A stretch of 64,000 nt of DNA from Rotaria socialis. Taxonomy: Eukaryota. A program made the position numbers and the translations under genes. The notes under the pieces were generated by a model that saw only the letters and a list, made by a program, of their open reading frames with translations, had not been told where the DNA came from and did not search any database. Positions within the stretch are counted from its first letter, which is position 1, and the number at the start of each line of letters is the position of its first letter. Location: NCBI GenBank assembly GCA_905331295.1, contig CAJNYD010000333.1, positions 124,001-188,000 of the forward strand, read 5' to 3'. Positions 13,385 through 25,862 of the stretch are shown here, one piece after another.

Positions 13385-14392
13385 ATGAGCTCCGACTGGA
13401 CTTCGCTTCCTGATATAGTATGGTATTCTGTATGTGGATATTTACCGAAACTAACTGATATTATTCATTTATCATGTACGAATCGTAATTTGCATCATGT
13501 TCTTGAACAGGATTTCTTTTGGAGATATCTAATTCGAATACGTTATGGTCCGATATTATTAAAACGTTATTGCGATGAAATATTTTCGAATAAAAACAAT
13601 TGTGATCATTTATATTCATCAGATAGGCATTTCGTTGAATTCGAAAAACAATATTCACAATTGCCGCCAGCAATTGTACGTAATGGTTGGAATCTTATTG
13701 TTACCGATGCTCAAAACGGAAATATGAAAGGTTTTGCAGCTGCTAAACGATCGAAATTCTATCTACCGAAATTATCTTCACAATTAAAAATGGCTATTAC
13801 TGAAAATCGATTTCGTGAGTTGGTTTTTCAAGAAGATAAAACAATTTTATCGAAATTAATTTACTATTATTTATCACAACGAAAAATACGTTTATCATTT
13901 GCATATGAAACTTATGTCTGTTTCGATATAACACGAGTAAGTGATGCAAATCGTCCTACAATAATTGATGATACAACAAGTAGTTTTGGTTCTATTGCGA
14001 TCCTTGATTCTAGATGGTTAGCAGCCATACGCGGAGAATTTCATTCGATTATACCCGGTCGATACGCAATTATTTGTCGAATAAAACTAGAATTATTACG
14101 TTATGAACAACCGAGCGACGAAGATCAATTTACAGGTGAATTTACATGTATACCTGAATACGGTATAATGAGTTCACTTGAATGGGACCAAGATTGGTTT
14201 GATTTACGTTATGTTATTAATAATAGTAAAAATCAAAGTAATCAAACAACGTCTCAATGGTTTGAAGAACAGATGGGAATTATAACAATTTATGAATTAT
14301 CAAAAGTTTATTTTGGTTTAAGAATATGGCAATTACCATATAGAAAATACGCGATTATGTGTGATTATATTGAATTGAAAATAATTGAATGA
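13385..14392 (+). CDS. F-box protein with C-terminal phloem-protein-2 (PP2)-like beta domain, intronless
   Basis: F-box WTSLPDIVWYSVCGYL...LSCTNRNL...W; C-terminal WLAAIRGEF..IIPGRYAIICRIKL, WFEEQMG, DYIELK resemble PP2 motifs. Confidence 0.7.
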   Translation: MSSDWTSLPDIVWYSVCGYLPKLTDIIHLSCTNRNLHHVLEQDFFWRYLIRIRYGPILLKRYCDEIFSNKNNCDHLYSSDRHFVEFEKQYSQLPPAIVRNGWNLIVTDAQNGNMKGFAAAKRSKFYLPKLSSQLKMAITENRFRELVFQEDKTILSKLIYYYLSQRKIRLSFAYETYVCFDITRVSDANRPTIIDDTTSSFGSIAILDSRWLAAIRGEFHSIIPGRYAIICRIKLELLRYEQPSDEDQFTGEFTCIPEYGIMSSLEWDQDWFDLRYVINNSKNQSNQTTSQWFEEQMGIITIYELSKVYFGLRIWQLPYRKYAIMCDYIELKIIE

Positions 14393-14784
14393 GCTTTTTT
14401 TCTTTTTTTTTATGTAAAATGTGTTTTTATAATCGATGTTAAAGATTGAGTAATAAACAAGCAATTCATGCGAAAATTGAATTATCATTAGCAAAGGAAG
14501 AAGATTCAAGGCTCTCTCAATTATGTTCACAAGCAAGTTTGCCTTTTCTATTAGGATTATTATTTCTTAGGAAAACGAAATAAGGTCATTATGTCTTTTA
14601 CAAACTGCTTTAATTGAAGAGATTAGCTTTGAAAAACACATATCGATGAATTTAATCTTAGCGATAACGATTTATCCTATGGGAATAAGCTTTTGGTCGA
14701 TACATATGTTTGTTGTCGTTTTAGTCGCAATAAATGAGAAAATATTGTTTTCGAAAAAACACATTGACTGAAATAATCGTCGAA

Positions 14785-16685
14785 ATGATTATCAACAGTA
14801 TGTATTTGAATTTAAAATAGTTTCTTGCAATTAGTTAAATTGTAAAATGTTTTTTCCTTGGCATCTTTCATTTTAGTACTAACATTCATATGTGTAACAG
14901 CTGCGCATCAATTACCACTCGCTGATACGAACGTTGTATATTCAAATAGATTGCTGGATGCTTCCAGTCGTTCATTCATTCCGGAAACGATTGCTACTGA
15001 TTCTAGTGACTCTTTCACTATTTCGCAAGCGGACACCAATGAATTTCTGTCTAACTTAAAGAAGTCTACGCTAGATAGTAAGTGGCCGTATAGTCAGACG
15101 CTCTTTAATTGCATTTCTAAATATACTATAGACTTATTATTGCGTAACGAACGCTCAACATCACTCAGTGATCGTAATCGTGATGAGCAACTCGTGCTTG
15201 AAAATAATATCGAGGAAGAATGGAATTATCTATTGACTTCGGGACCACTTACAATCAACCGTCTGAATAGTCTACTTGTATATGGTAGTAAAAAGGACTT
15301 TCCGCTCATTTCTCCAGCGAATTTTCAATTTCTTTACGTAAAAAATTCAACGTCATTTCGTGCAACGATAATTTGATTATTCATCAATTGAAATGATTTT
15401 CATTTATTTACAAATTATATAATCTTTCACAACAGACTCTATGATATGTGAATAATTTCTCTCAAGTAGCCGATACGATCTATTCAACTCTTCTCAGTCT
15501 TCACGCTAAAATGCTTCAAATTCAATTCAATAACCTAAGATTATCAAGCTATATTAATACATCTACGAAGCTATTAGTTTCGAATTCATCAAAGATTATT
15601 GACTTCATGCTTCCGAAACTTTTAGCAGATCTCGATTATGTAGCCAATGAAAGTGTGATACATACTCGAACAATAATCGACAGATTACAAAATTCACATG
15701 ATCTTATATCAGAAGTCATGCAAATAAGCGCATACACACATTCTGCTCAGGCAGTAGGGTCTGGCAAAAAACGATCGTATGCCTTCGAACCAACATACAA
15801 CAATCAAGAACATCGTACTAAGGAATTTGACGGGAATAGTCAACTAGACACAAAGAATAAATCTAAAGAATATCGTCCTTCTTCGGACGTAAAATCATTT
15901 CAAATCGCGAACACAATTCCACAATCAATTCTCAATGGTTTTACTACTGTAGTTGAAACTATAAAAGATAACAATTTGTTAAAAGCTGGGCATATTGAGA
16001 ACGAGCGTGATATTGAAAGATTTGATATCAAAACCAATCAACAACGTGCTGCGCGTAGTATTATTGGTGGTGGTGTTGTTTCTAGACCGAATAAACAAGA
16101 AATTCAAGACATCATTGTCAATTCTAATATACAAATTAATCAAATAATGGTCCAATGGAGTAGACTAATGATTTTCTTTCACAAGCTCGTTGCACAAGTT
16201 GAACCGGTACACAAAGTAAGTCAAAGAAATTTATATATTCGGAGGTGAAAAAAATTGTTGATTGTCTTCTCTCTCTCTAGAGTATACTGAAAGATTATAT
16301 TGAACCGATCAAAGATTTAAAAGACGGCATATTACACTTGGACTCAGCCGAAAAAGAATTCTTTTTAAGCATGTTGGTAGGTGCATGCCAAAGCATAGAC
16401 GAACAAGCTGATTTGCTTTATGCTATGTCCAAAGCTTACACTGATATTTCGTCGGAATATATAATCAATCAAACAATCAACATGAATTTACTTATTTTGC
16501 AATCGAACGACGAAAAAGCATCATACTTGCGGGAAATATCTAACCAGATCACATTGATAACACCACGAGTCATTCAGTTAGCTGAAGACCAAAAAAATCA
16601 CCATTTCGCGCGCATTAACAATCGTCGTAGAGAATATCAACAAATTTTAGTCGATTTTACCGGAAGAAAAAAAACTGCTGATTGA
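14785..16685 (+). pseudogene. Cluster paralog A (long form), apparently disrupted
   Basis: Family motifs EEWNYLLTSGP, KKDFPL, SFRATI, QWSRLMIFF, ADLLYAMSKAYTDISSEY; TGA at 15374-15376 followed by ~80 bp non-GT-AG insertion splitting SFRATI/SQV; 5' micro-exon does not splice in frame. Confidence 0.65.
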
Positions 16686-17194
16686 TACCCATGGAAGAAA
16701 TTGGCAATGGGAAATATTGAATAAAAGCTGCATTGTTAATAAAAGAAAAGAGTGGATTGCTGAGTAGAATTTTATTCTTAATATTAGCATACCTATCATT
16801 CTGTATATTTCGAATATTTTTCCTGTTTCAAGAAATTCAGAGGAGAATATTTCAATGCCAGTAGGCCTAGTAAATGACATCTATCTTCGGGTCCTGTGAA
16901 AGTAACAGTCATATTTCCTATGTAGTTTAAACTCCATAGATAACATTGCTGTCACTATCGCTCTGCAACTTCAGAAGTATTCTAAATATTTTTAATGGCA
17001 AAAGTGAACAAATATCTTTGGATTATTAGATCAAATTTGTTTTTTCAAAGCTCTACCTATCGTTGTTTGTTTTTAAATTTATTTAGTATTCAAAATGGTA
17101 AACTTTGACAACAAACATCTACAGAACATTTTGTTTTTCAAACACTATTTTAGATATAATCCATAATTTGTTTTTAAATTATTACAAGATTTAT

Positions 17195-19205
17195 TTAGCC
17201 AATAATGCCTTCCAATTCAAATGTGGCCAAACTATTAAGATATGCGGTGTATTCAGCTTGACGATTACGATTTTCTTGAAGATAAAGGGTATGGCGATCT
17301 TGCGCTAATTGAGTGATTTTCAGTGAAGTAATCAATGTAGTATTAGACGCTTGTTGAAGTTGATTGTTACGAGCTTCATCTGTTTGTAACATTAACATTT
17401 TGGCAATGCCTGCAATTTGATTGATCATATGTTCGCTTGACACAGCATAGTAAGTTTTAGCCATAACATATAATAAATGTGCACCACTTTCAATAGTTGT
17501 AGCAGAAGGTAATAGAATTTCAATGAAAAATTCACGTTCAAATGGATTAACCAATAGATTGTCCTGTTGAGCTTGTTGAATAACTTCAACAAAGTCTTTG
17601 ACAACAATCTAAAACGAAAACTATTAGGAATAGAAGTGCGTTTAGAAAATCACTTCTCCTACTTGTTGAGTGCTATGAGCTTGAGCAGCTAATTTTGAGA
17701 AAAATTGGATCATACGTGACCATTGCTCTTTAATTTGAATGATCTGTTCGGTGGCTTCAACTAATAAACGAATGATTTCCTCTGTACTCAACACACTTAG
17801 ATCAAGCATAGCCATCTGGCCCATCGTTTTAGCTAATTCGTTTTGTTCAGCTAATTGAAGAAGAAAATGCTCATTATGAACTTGTTCAGCACGTTCCATT
17901 TCTTGTTTGGCAAGTTGAGCCGATTTCATTGCGTTTTCAAATTTAGTGTTATCAACTTTATAAGTTGGAGATCCACAGCTTCCCAATAGGCAGCCAATTG
18001 CTTGGACAGGATTGAAAACAAAACCAATAGCAACTTCAATCAGATTAGGTTGTGAAACACCGTCTTGTATGATATCGGGTGTTGATGATGCTGCAAGTAA
18101 TTCCATAGCTTCGGCGTATTTTTTACGAGAAAGTTCTAGATTTGCTTTTGATTGAGTGTATTGATTTTTTATAGTTGCAAGACTTTCTTCGAGGCGTTGC
18201 TGTTCAAAAGTTGAATTTATTATTTGATCTTTCATACTATTAATATCTGCTTCGTTCGACGATCCAGTACTTGCGCTCAATTCGATAATCTCAGCTAGCA
18301 AATCTTGTAATCGATTGAAACGAGTAAGTGTTGAATTAGCTACATTGGCGCTTTGCGTAGCTAACCGAGCTATACTATCGAGTGTAAGCGGTAACATTGT
18401 TTTGAGCATAGGGTCGGACGCCGAGGATATTAATTTCATTGCTGTTTTTACATATGTCGGAACTTGTTTAATAGCTAATTGAATAGAATCCATTGCTGTA
18501 TGAGCACCCATAAGAGCATCATACATTTCGGAAGATACTTGAGCGAGTGTAGCACGAAATGAGTTTGGATATCTGGAAAAAGTTTTTTTATTTCAAAAAT
18601 AATTATTAAATAAAAGAAAAGTATTATTATATATTTTACCTAATGAATCGATAAACATATCCAGCTGGAGTTCTGAATGGAAAGTCTTGCTTACTAGCAA
18701 GTACCATGAGATTGCCCATGTATCCAACAGCAATAGGACCTGAGACCATCAAATTTTCCCACTCTTTATCGATGTCTGTTTGATGTGTCAGTTGATCGTC
18801 ACGAAGTGGATCAAAAACGCTCGCATCGACACGTGATAGTATATCTACAAGGAAGAATATTTCAAAGCAGCCAGAGAAAATGAAATTGACTATTCGAAAC
18901 AAAACGCCGCAAAGACTCACCACGAGTAGTTCCATCAGCTGCATCGTCATTCAACAAATACTGAAGAAATTCATCATCATTCATTTTTGGCATGGACACT
19001 ATATCTTTTGTCGACATGTGTGATATTGTTTCAATATAAGGATCGAGAAATGGATCATCCGTTGGACTCATAAAAAGAGAACGTGCCATTGATTGAGTAG
19101 ATGCTGAAGTCAGCATCAGTAGACTCATGATCATCATGCATAAATAAACTGAAAGTAATATTTAAAGACAATATTTGTGAAAGAAAACTGCTCACTTGAG
19201 TTCAT
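17195..19205 (-). CDS. Cluster paralog B (long form, ~580 aa secreted helical protein, 5 exons)
   Basis: ATG micro-exon at 19205, signal peptide, EWENLMVSGP, SFRATLAQV, coiled coil, IAIGFVFNPVQAIGCLLGSC-type hydrophobic segment, KEQWSRMIQFF, GAHLLYVMAKTY; canonical GT-AG introns. Confidence 0.88.
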
Positions 19206-19605
19206 TTTTCTGTACAAAAATTAAACTTGTTCCACTGTCGTGCTCAGTAGAAGTTGTACTTTTTATAGTTGTATAATCGCCTGTAATAGAACATCTGGTA
19301 TCGGTGACGAGTATTCTCACGAATTAAGCAATATACATTTTGTACTTTGAAACTGTCTTATCTTAAGGCCAGAGGTCTTTATCAGTGAATGCATTTTTTA
19401 GACAGCGTTTCCATGAAAAATATTTTCGTCGAGCGAATGATTTATGAGAAACAATCGAATAATATCACAGCTGTACTTTTTTGAATCCTTCTCTTTTAAT
19501 TATCAGAAAGTCAGTATATAAGAAGTTCTGATCGAAACATTTTATTTCTTTAAGGCATATATTTTTTGTGTTTTTAATAATATTCTGTGTGAGTTACAGG
19601 CCAAT
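19206..19605. promoter_or_regulatory. Putative bidirectional promoter between paralogs B and C
   Basis: 400 bp between divergent ATGs; TATAAAA on minus strand at ~19260-19267 and TATATAA on plus at ~19515-19521; several GATA (TTATC) motifs between. Confidence 0.55.
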
Positions 19606-21640
19606 ATGATTGAGAAATGTAAGTATTTTACGTAGTAATGTAAAATTTATTGGCTATGTACATTATTGTTTTTTGAAGGAAACACTATCTTTTAATTTTA
19701 GTCTATCCGTTGAAGTGTCTGGTATTTATGGTGATACTTGCAACTGATGTATATGCTAATTCAATCGCTCATACTGTCTTCTTACCATCGGATAGATCAT
19801 TGAATCCATTCAGTGATCATTTCATTCAACGAGTGATTAACATGGACCGAGAAAAGCTCTTTGCTATTCCACAAATGGATGACGCTGAATTTTTAGTGGC
19901 ATTATCTCGCAATGATGATTCATTGGGTGGTGAGTTAAATCGAAGCAATATGCTTTCTGTATCCAAAAAGATATGAAATTTTTATGAGAAACTCTGGTAG
20001 ATAAAAAGTTTTGTTTACAAAGCAATTTTTTATAGGTTCATTTTCTCGTGCTGTTGAAGACGATCCGTACGAAATACTTTTTGATGATAAACTCGATGAT
20101 CAACTCGCACTACAAGATAATATCGACGGTGAATGGGTACATTTAATGACTGCTGGACCACTCACAGTTAACTATATAGGCAATCTTCTTGTCCTTGCCA
20201 GTAAACGTGATTTTCCACTGACTCGTCCACCACAATTTGTCTTTCAACACATTAAAGATCCAGGTTCATTTCGAGCAACAATCTCTCAAGTAACAGGCTC
20301 GATGTATTCAGCACTGTTAGGCGCACATACAGCTATGGATCGTATTCAACTCAATGTTCAAGAAGTTCCCAATCATATTAAAACTGCTCTCAAATTAGTC
20401 ATGGTTGGCTCACCAATGCTTATCGAAATGATGCTTCCGAAGTCTTTGGACGCTGTTGGTCGTATTGCTAATGAAAGTGCTGCACATGCACGAGCAACGT
20501 TCCAAAAATTTTCTTCATTACAAGAACTTATTGGTGAAATTATCGCAGCAAATACATACACACATTCATCGCAATCAAGCATTGTTGATAAAATTCAAGA
20601 ACAGATTAATGCAGCGAAACAAGATCAGATACAGCTCAATAATAATATGAATTCTATTAAGGCTCAGTACGAAGATGCTCGACGCGAAATGGAAAAAGCT
20701 CGCCAAGAATATCAAGTCGCATTTAATGCGATTCCAGCATTTCGTGGATGGTTCAAGAAAATATTTCGAAAAATAGTCAATTTTGTTGTGTCGATTGTCA
20801 CTTTTCCAGCGCGCATCCTCGGCTGCATTTTAGGATTATGTTATAGTAATCAAGCAGCTCTTGCTGCAGCTGCAGCAGCAGCCGAAACAGCCAAACAAAA
20901 TGCGATAGCTAAAGCAAATCATCTTCTTCAAGTTTTACAAGAAGCCGAAAAACGTCATGCTGCTTTTGCTGCACAACAAGTGGCCGAACAACAAAAAATA
21001 GCTGATATGATGAAGAAAATTGCTGCTCTTGATTTAGATCGAATGAGTGAACAAGAAATTGTCGATATTCTTATTGAGTCTATCTTGCAAATGAGCCAAA
21101 TCAAAGAACAATGGGGACGTTTGATACAGTTCTTTTCGAAATTATCCATTCAAGCTGATAGTACGCAACAGGCAAGAAGCAGCTATCATAAAATCCTTGT
21201 TTATAGAACAGAATGTTTTGGTTTAGATCATTGTGCAAGACTTTATCGGTGCCATGAAAGATGCACAAGCGAACAATTTATTGATTGATGCAAGTGATCG
21301 AGAATTTTTTGTCGAAATCTTAAGTATAACATGTCAAGAAATCGAACGAGGTGCTCATCTACTCTATGTGATGTCGAAAACATATTTTGATATTTCATCT
21401 GAATATATGATTAATCAGATTGCTACTATAAACACATTATTGCTTCTGCAAACGAATTCGGAGAGATCATCGCTTTTGCGTTCACTTTCTTCAAATACAA
21501 CTATTACATCAACGAAAATTATACAATTAGCTCAAGAACGACAAAACGAATATGCATCACGTAATAAGGCACGTCGCGATGAATATCAACGTTTTTTAGC
21601 TAAATTAGCTGAAGAAGATTTGGAAATGGTGATTGGTTAA
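19606..21640 (+). CDS. Cluster paralog C (long form, ~600 aa secreted helical protein, 4 exons, last intron GC-AG)
   Basis: MIEKFYPLKCLVFMVILA signal, EWVHLMTAGP, SFRATISQV, coiled coil, FRGWFKKIFRKIVNFVVSIVTFPARILGCILGLC, KEQWGRLIQFF, GAHLLYVMSKTY. Confidence 0.88.
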
Positions 21641-22987
21641 AAATTCTTCTGAATATAATTCTACTACTTGATAATAAATACCTAGTACGTACGTATGTTG
21701 TAATCAATTATTCAATTCCTTAAGTTACAATCGAGTTCAATGATATAATTCTCTAGTAGAAAATGGCTCAGTTGGCAATATTTTTTGTGAAACCGATATG
21801 GCGATGCAATCAGGCATGATGAATGAGAAGCCAAATCCGCTCAGTGAGAGAACTCTGATTGAGGTACAGCTGTAGAAACATAGCCTCAGTGAGCAAACTG
21901 TCTTCACCGCTCAGCTCGCAATAGAAACGCGAAAGTTAACGTATGGTTTCTTCTCTTCAACGATTGTCTTCTCGTATCTTTGTTACCTAACGATAATTCT
22001 TCTTCTTATAAACCGCAATCTAAAATAAGATTTGAAAAAGATAAACATGAACTTTGAACCTGATTTGTTTCCGCAAAGGTCATGACACACTTACGCGTTT
22101 TAAGAAACATTTGTATCGTATTTCATATTTTAATCGTGAGCGAATAGAACCAACGACTATCATTGTTGATATTCTCTCTGTAATAATTTCAATTTTCATT
22201 CAATATCATATTACGTAGGTTTTATACTTTCATGCTTTGATTTTCTGCGATATTTTATTGCTTCGTCGTCAATCAGATGATTTTGAGAACGATGCAAGAA
22301 GACTTAAATGAAAAATATTTTATTACAGACCAAACATACAATTGAGTCAAATGTCTGTCGGAATAAGAAGTTTTTTATACATGCTTATGTTTTCACTTGA
22401 GAAATATTTCATAGTTATGAATAGATTGAAAGCTCAATGTGTATTAGCAATAAAAGATAACAATATTCATGATCTCGACTATCAATATCAATCATTAGAT
22501 CTACGATTGTTTCATTGAAAATGTTCAAATTGTTTAGTCTACTTTTGTATTCGAACAAGTGGATGATTTGTTTAATAGAGTAGTGCTACATTCACTTTTA
22601 TTTCTTACGTGTTGTTTAACAGCTTGCGAGATGCAAGAAAATCGTGTATTAATAGCAGATCTTCTTGTTACAAAAAAAAGAAGCGAATTGAAAGATTACA
22701 TAAACAGCAATTGTTTTGCCTGTGAAAAGTAATATTCTCATGGAAAAAGGCTGCTAAGACATGATTGCTCTACCCACATGAAGTGAAGAGCTGAGTATTC
22801 ATAAAAAATAAATCCTTCAATAATAAAGAAAAAAAGTAAATCCGCAGACGATTGCACCGGCAAACCTTATATATACAGGTACACAATTCATTTCCAAATA
22901 TACCATTCATTTCGATAACAATCAGCTATTGGCAAAAACTCATTAAACTTCTTAATAGCGTTGTGTAATAGCCCGATAATAGCGATA

Positions 22988-24155
22988 ATGAGTAAGTTTA
23001 CATTTATTCTCAATGATTTGAAATGAACTCATAGTTCGAATAGATATGTTATCCATTTTTCTGACAATTGCAATATTGTTGATCGGTGGAATTCATTCGG
23101 CACCTTGGGATGCTGCTACTTTTGCTGACGATGAATGGACCGAACAACCAACAACAACGACGACGACGACAACAACAACGTTAGCTCCTGAATTTGATCG
23201 CGAATGGGAAGATCTTATCTTAGGGGGACCTACAGTTGTCAATCATCTTGGCTTATTCATGGTACTTGCATCACGTGCCGATCAAATTTTGCAGCCAGCT
23301 GCTGGATACCAGGTTCAACATATTCAAAATCTACAATCTCTACGTGCGACATTGACTCAAATTCGATTAGCAATGCAGAATGTTTTTCAAACAGCACGTG
23401 ATGATCATTTCCGTGCTCAAAATAGTATGCAACAAATTCCAGAACATATCAAGGCAGGTCTTCTTCTAATTCAAACAGCACCAACGGATCTTATCAGCAA
23501 ATTATTACCGTATACAATGCGCAATGTCGAACGTGCCGCTGATGAAGGATCACTCGTTACCAAACCGGCACTTCAGCGCTTTGTTTCAATCGGATTATTA
23601 TTGGAAGAGCTTGTCGCCGTTCTTAATTCTACGCCGTCAACACCCACAAATGCGGATTATTTGGTTGAAGCGAAGTCCTACGCTGCTGATATAAGCGAGC
23701 AATGGAATCTTCTGGTAGACCTCTTCAGAAAATTCTCCCATCGCGCTGATATCACTCAAACACTTATTAAAAATAGTTTCATAGAGCCCATTAATGAAGC
23801 ACAAAGAACGAATGGGTTTAATAATATAAGTGACCGTACCAATCAACTTAGCAAACTAATTCCAGCTTCGATTCTTATTGATCAATCATCAGATCTATTA
23901 GATATGATGATAGGCACATATACTGTAGTATCAAATGATCATATGGTCAATCAAATTGATGCACATAAGAGTGCTCTTAATATCGCAGACGAACAAGGAC
24001 GAGGAAAAAAGCAACGAGAATTATGGCAAAATATATTACAACAATCGATAAAAGTTGCTCGTCTTGCACAAGAACGTCAAACCGGATTTGCTGCAACTAG
24101 TGTAGAGCGAAATATAGAATATGATACTTATGCAAGAGCTGCTATGGCCACTTAG
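22988..24155 (+). CDS. Cluster paralog D (short form, ~370 aa, secreted, N-terminal Thr tract)
   Basis: ATGA micro-exon + intron 22992-23043; signal peptide; EWEDLILGGP, SLRATLTQI, SEQW, SDLLDMMIGTY, RLAQER; lacks central insert. Confidence 0.85.
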
Positions 24156-24308
24156 ATTTTTTTAATGAGCATTTTTTGAAATGATGTATTCGATTGATTC
24201 AATAAAATTTCCGCAGACATACCTTAAGTCTATAAAAGATTAATGAAAAAAACTATCCATTTTGTAGATATAATAATTAATATTGACTTTACTTGCTGAC
24301 TACTAAGA

Positions 24309-25590
24309 ATGTCGAGGTTTTTAAGTAAGTCTAGTAACTATGTTTGCCGTCAAAGTTCTAAATTTTAACTTAGTTATAACCATTTGGCTTATAGCCAATT
24401 ATCAATTGTGTACAATGGCTAATTTGACGGATGAAGAGTTTTCAATTGATGCTATAATAAAATACGAACGAGGTAATCTCTATGCATGTGATCAAAAATA
24501 AATATTTCAGCAATTTTTATTCGTGAAGTTTTGTTTTTGGTGATTGAGAATAAACTAACTATTTAATGTATCATTTTTAGAACTTATTTTGAACAATACA
24601 GCTGACACTAAGATTGATAAGCCAGACTTGAGTGGAGACTGGCAAGATTGGGTTCTTTCGAATATTATTGCTGTCAATTATTTGAATAGTTTGATGATAG
24701 TTGCTTCAAGACAAGATTTTGCCTTTTCTATACCGTCTGGTTATGCAGTTAGATATATAGAAAATCCATCGTCGTTTCATCGAACCGTCTCTCAATTAAC
24801 TACGAAAATGCGTGGAGCTTTAACCAATGCTCGTGAAGATTTAAATCGTGTGCATACGGGCATGGAACGTGTGCCGGATAATTTAAAAACAATGGTTTTA
24901 TTGATGAAACACGCGCCATTCGAGTTACTTTTAATATTATTTCCTGATTCATTTAATGATATAGAGAGACTGGTAAACGACAGTCTAATCGTACTTAGAC
25001 GACCGAAAAACGATTTTGAACAAGTTCTAAATCTTATTACGGAAATCGATTATCTATTATCTATTAAATCGAATGATCCAATGCTTTATTTACAAGTATT
25101 CGATCTTAAAACTCAATGGACCTATTTAGTTACGCTCACTACTGAATTATCACAGCGAGCAGAACGAGCACGAGAAGGTTTTTTACTTCAGTTCAATTGG
25201 ATTCTAAAAGAATTCATTCGGCCTGATCTTTCGCTTTCTGAATCTAATCGTGATTTTATGATTGTATTACTCCTACCAAAAATCATTGAACTTGATCAAA
25301 CAAGCGATCTTCTCGGTACGATTACTAAGACTTATACTGATATATCATATCAATATACCGATGAGCAATTAGGTAGCAACGGACATTTACTTACTTTACC
25401 AAATGAAGAAGATCGCAAACGATATTTAAAACAATTTCAATCCGAATTAGTAACACATGTTGTTCCAAGTGCACGACTTGCATTACAACGACATACGGAA
25501 TTACTCCAACGGGATAAAACTCGACGAGGGAATTTTGAGAAAATTTTAACTGGAACTTTAAATGCTGATTTGATAAGTTCAATCGGTTGA
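24309..25590 (+). CDS. Cluster paralog E (short form, ~375 aa, secreted, 3 exons)
   Basis: MSRFLIITIWLIANYQLCTMA signal across two small exons; DWQDWVL, SRQDF, SFHRTVSQL, KTQW, SDLLGTITKTY, RLALQRH. Confidence 0.85.
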
Positions 25591-25862
25591 ATAAAAGAAA
25601 TATGATTAAAAAGAAGTATTCAGCTTGTCTTTTCGTTATTGAGTTGATAGAAAATTGTGTCCCGAAGATGCTTACTTTCATGTGCTCTATTATCGGCGAA
25701 AATATCAGTCATATGATCGTTCTAATAAGTCAAGCAATCAATCGGCCTTAGAGTATTAATGATATTTAAAGTTTTTTATGTAAAAAAAAACAAGGGAGTG
25801 CATTTCATACTTTTGCTAATAAACTTTGAAACCATAATCGTCCTATCGATAGAAGAAAGCGA

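Noticed and set aside
21810..21862. C/D box snoRNA (ATGATGA...CTGA)
   Set aside because: Too short, no terminal stem or recognisable guide
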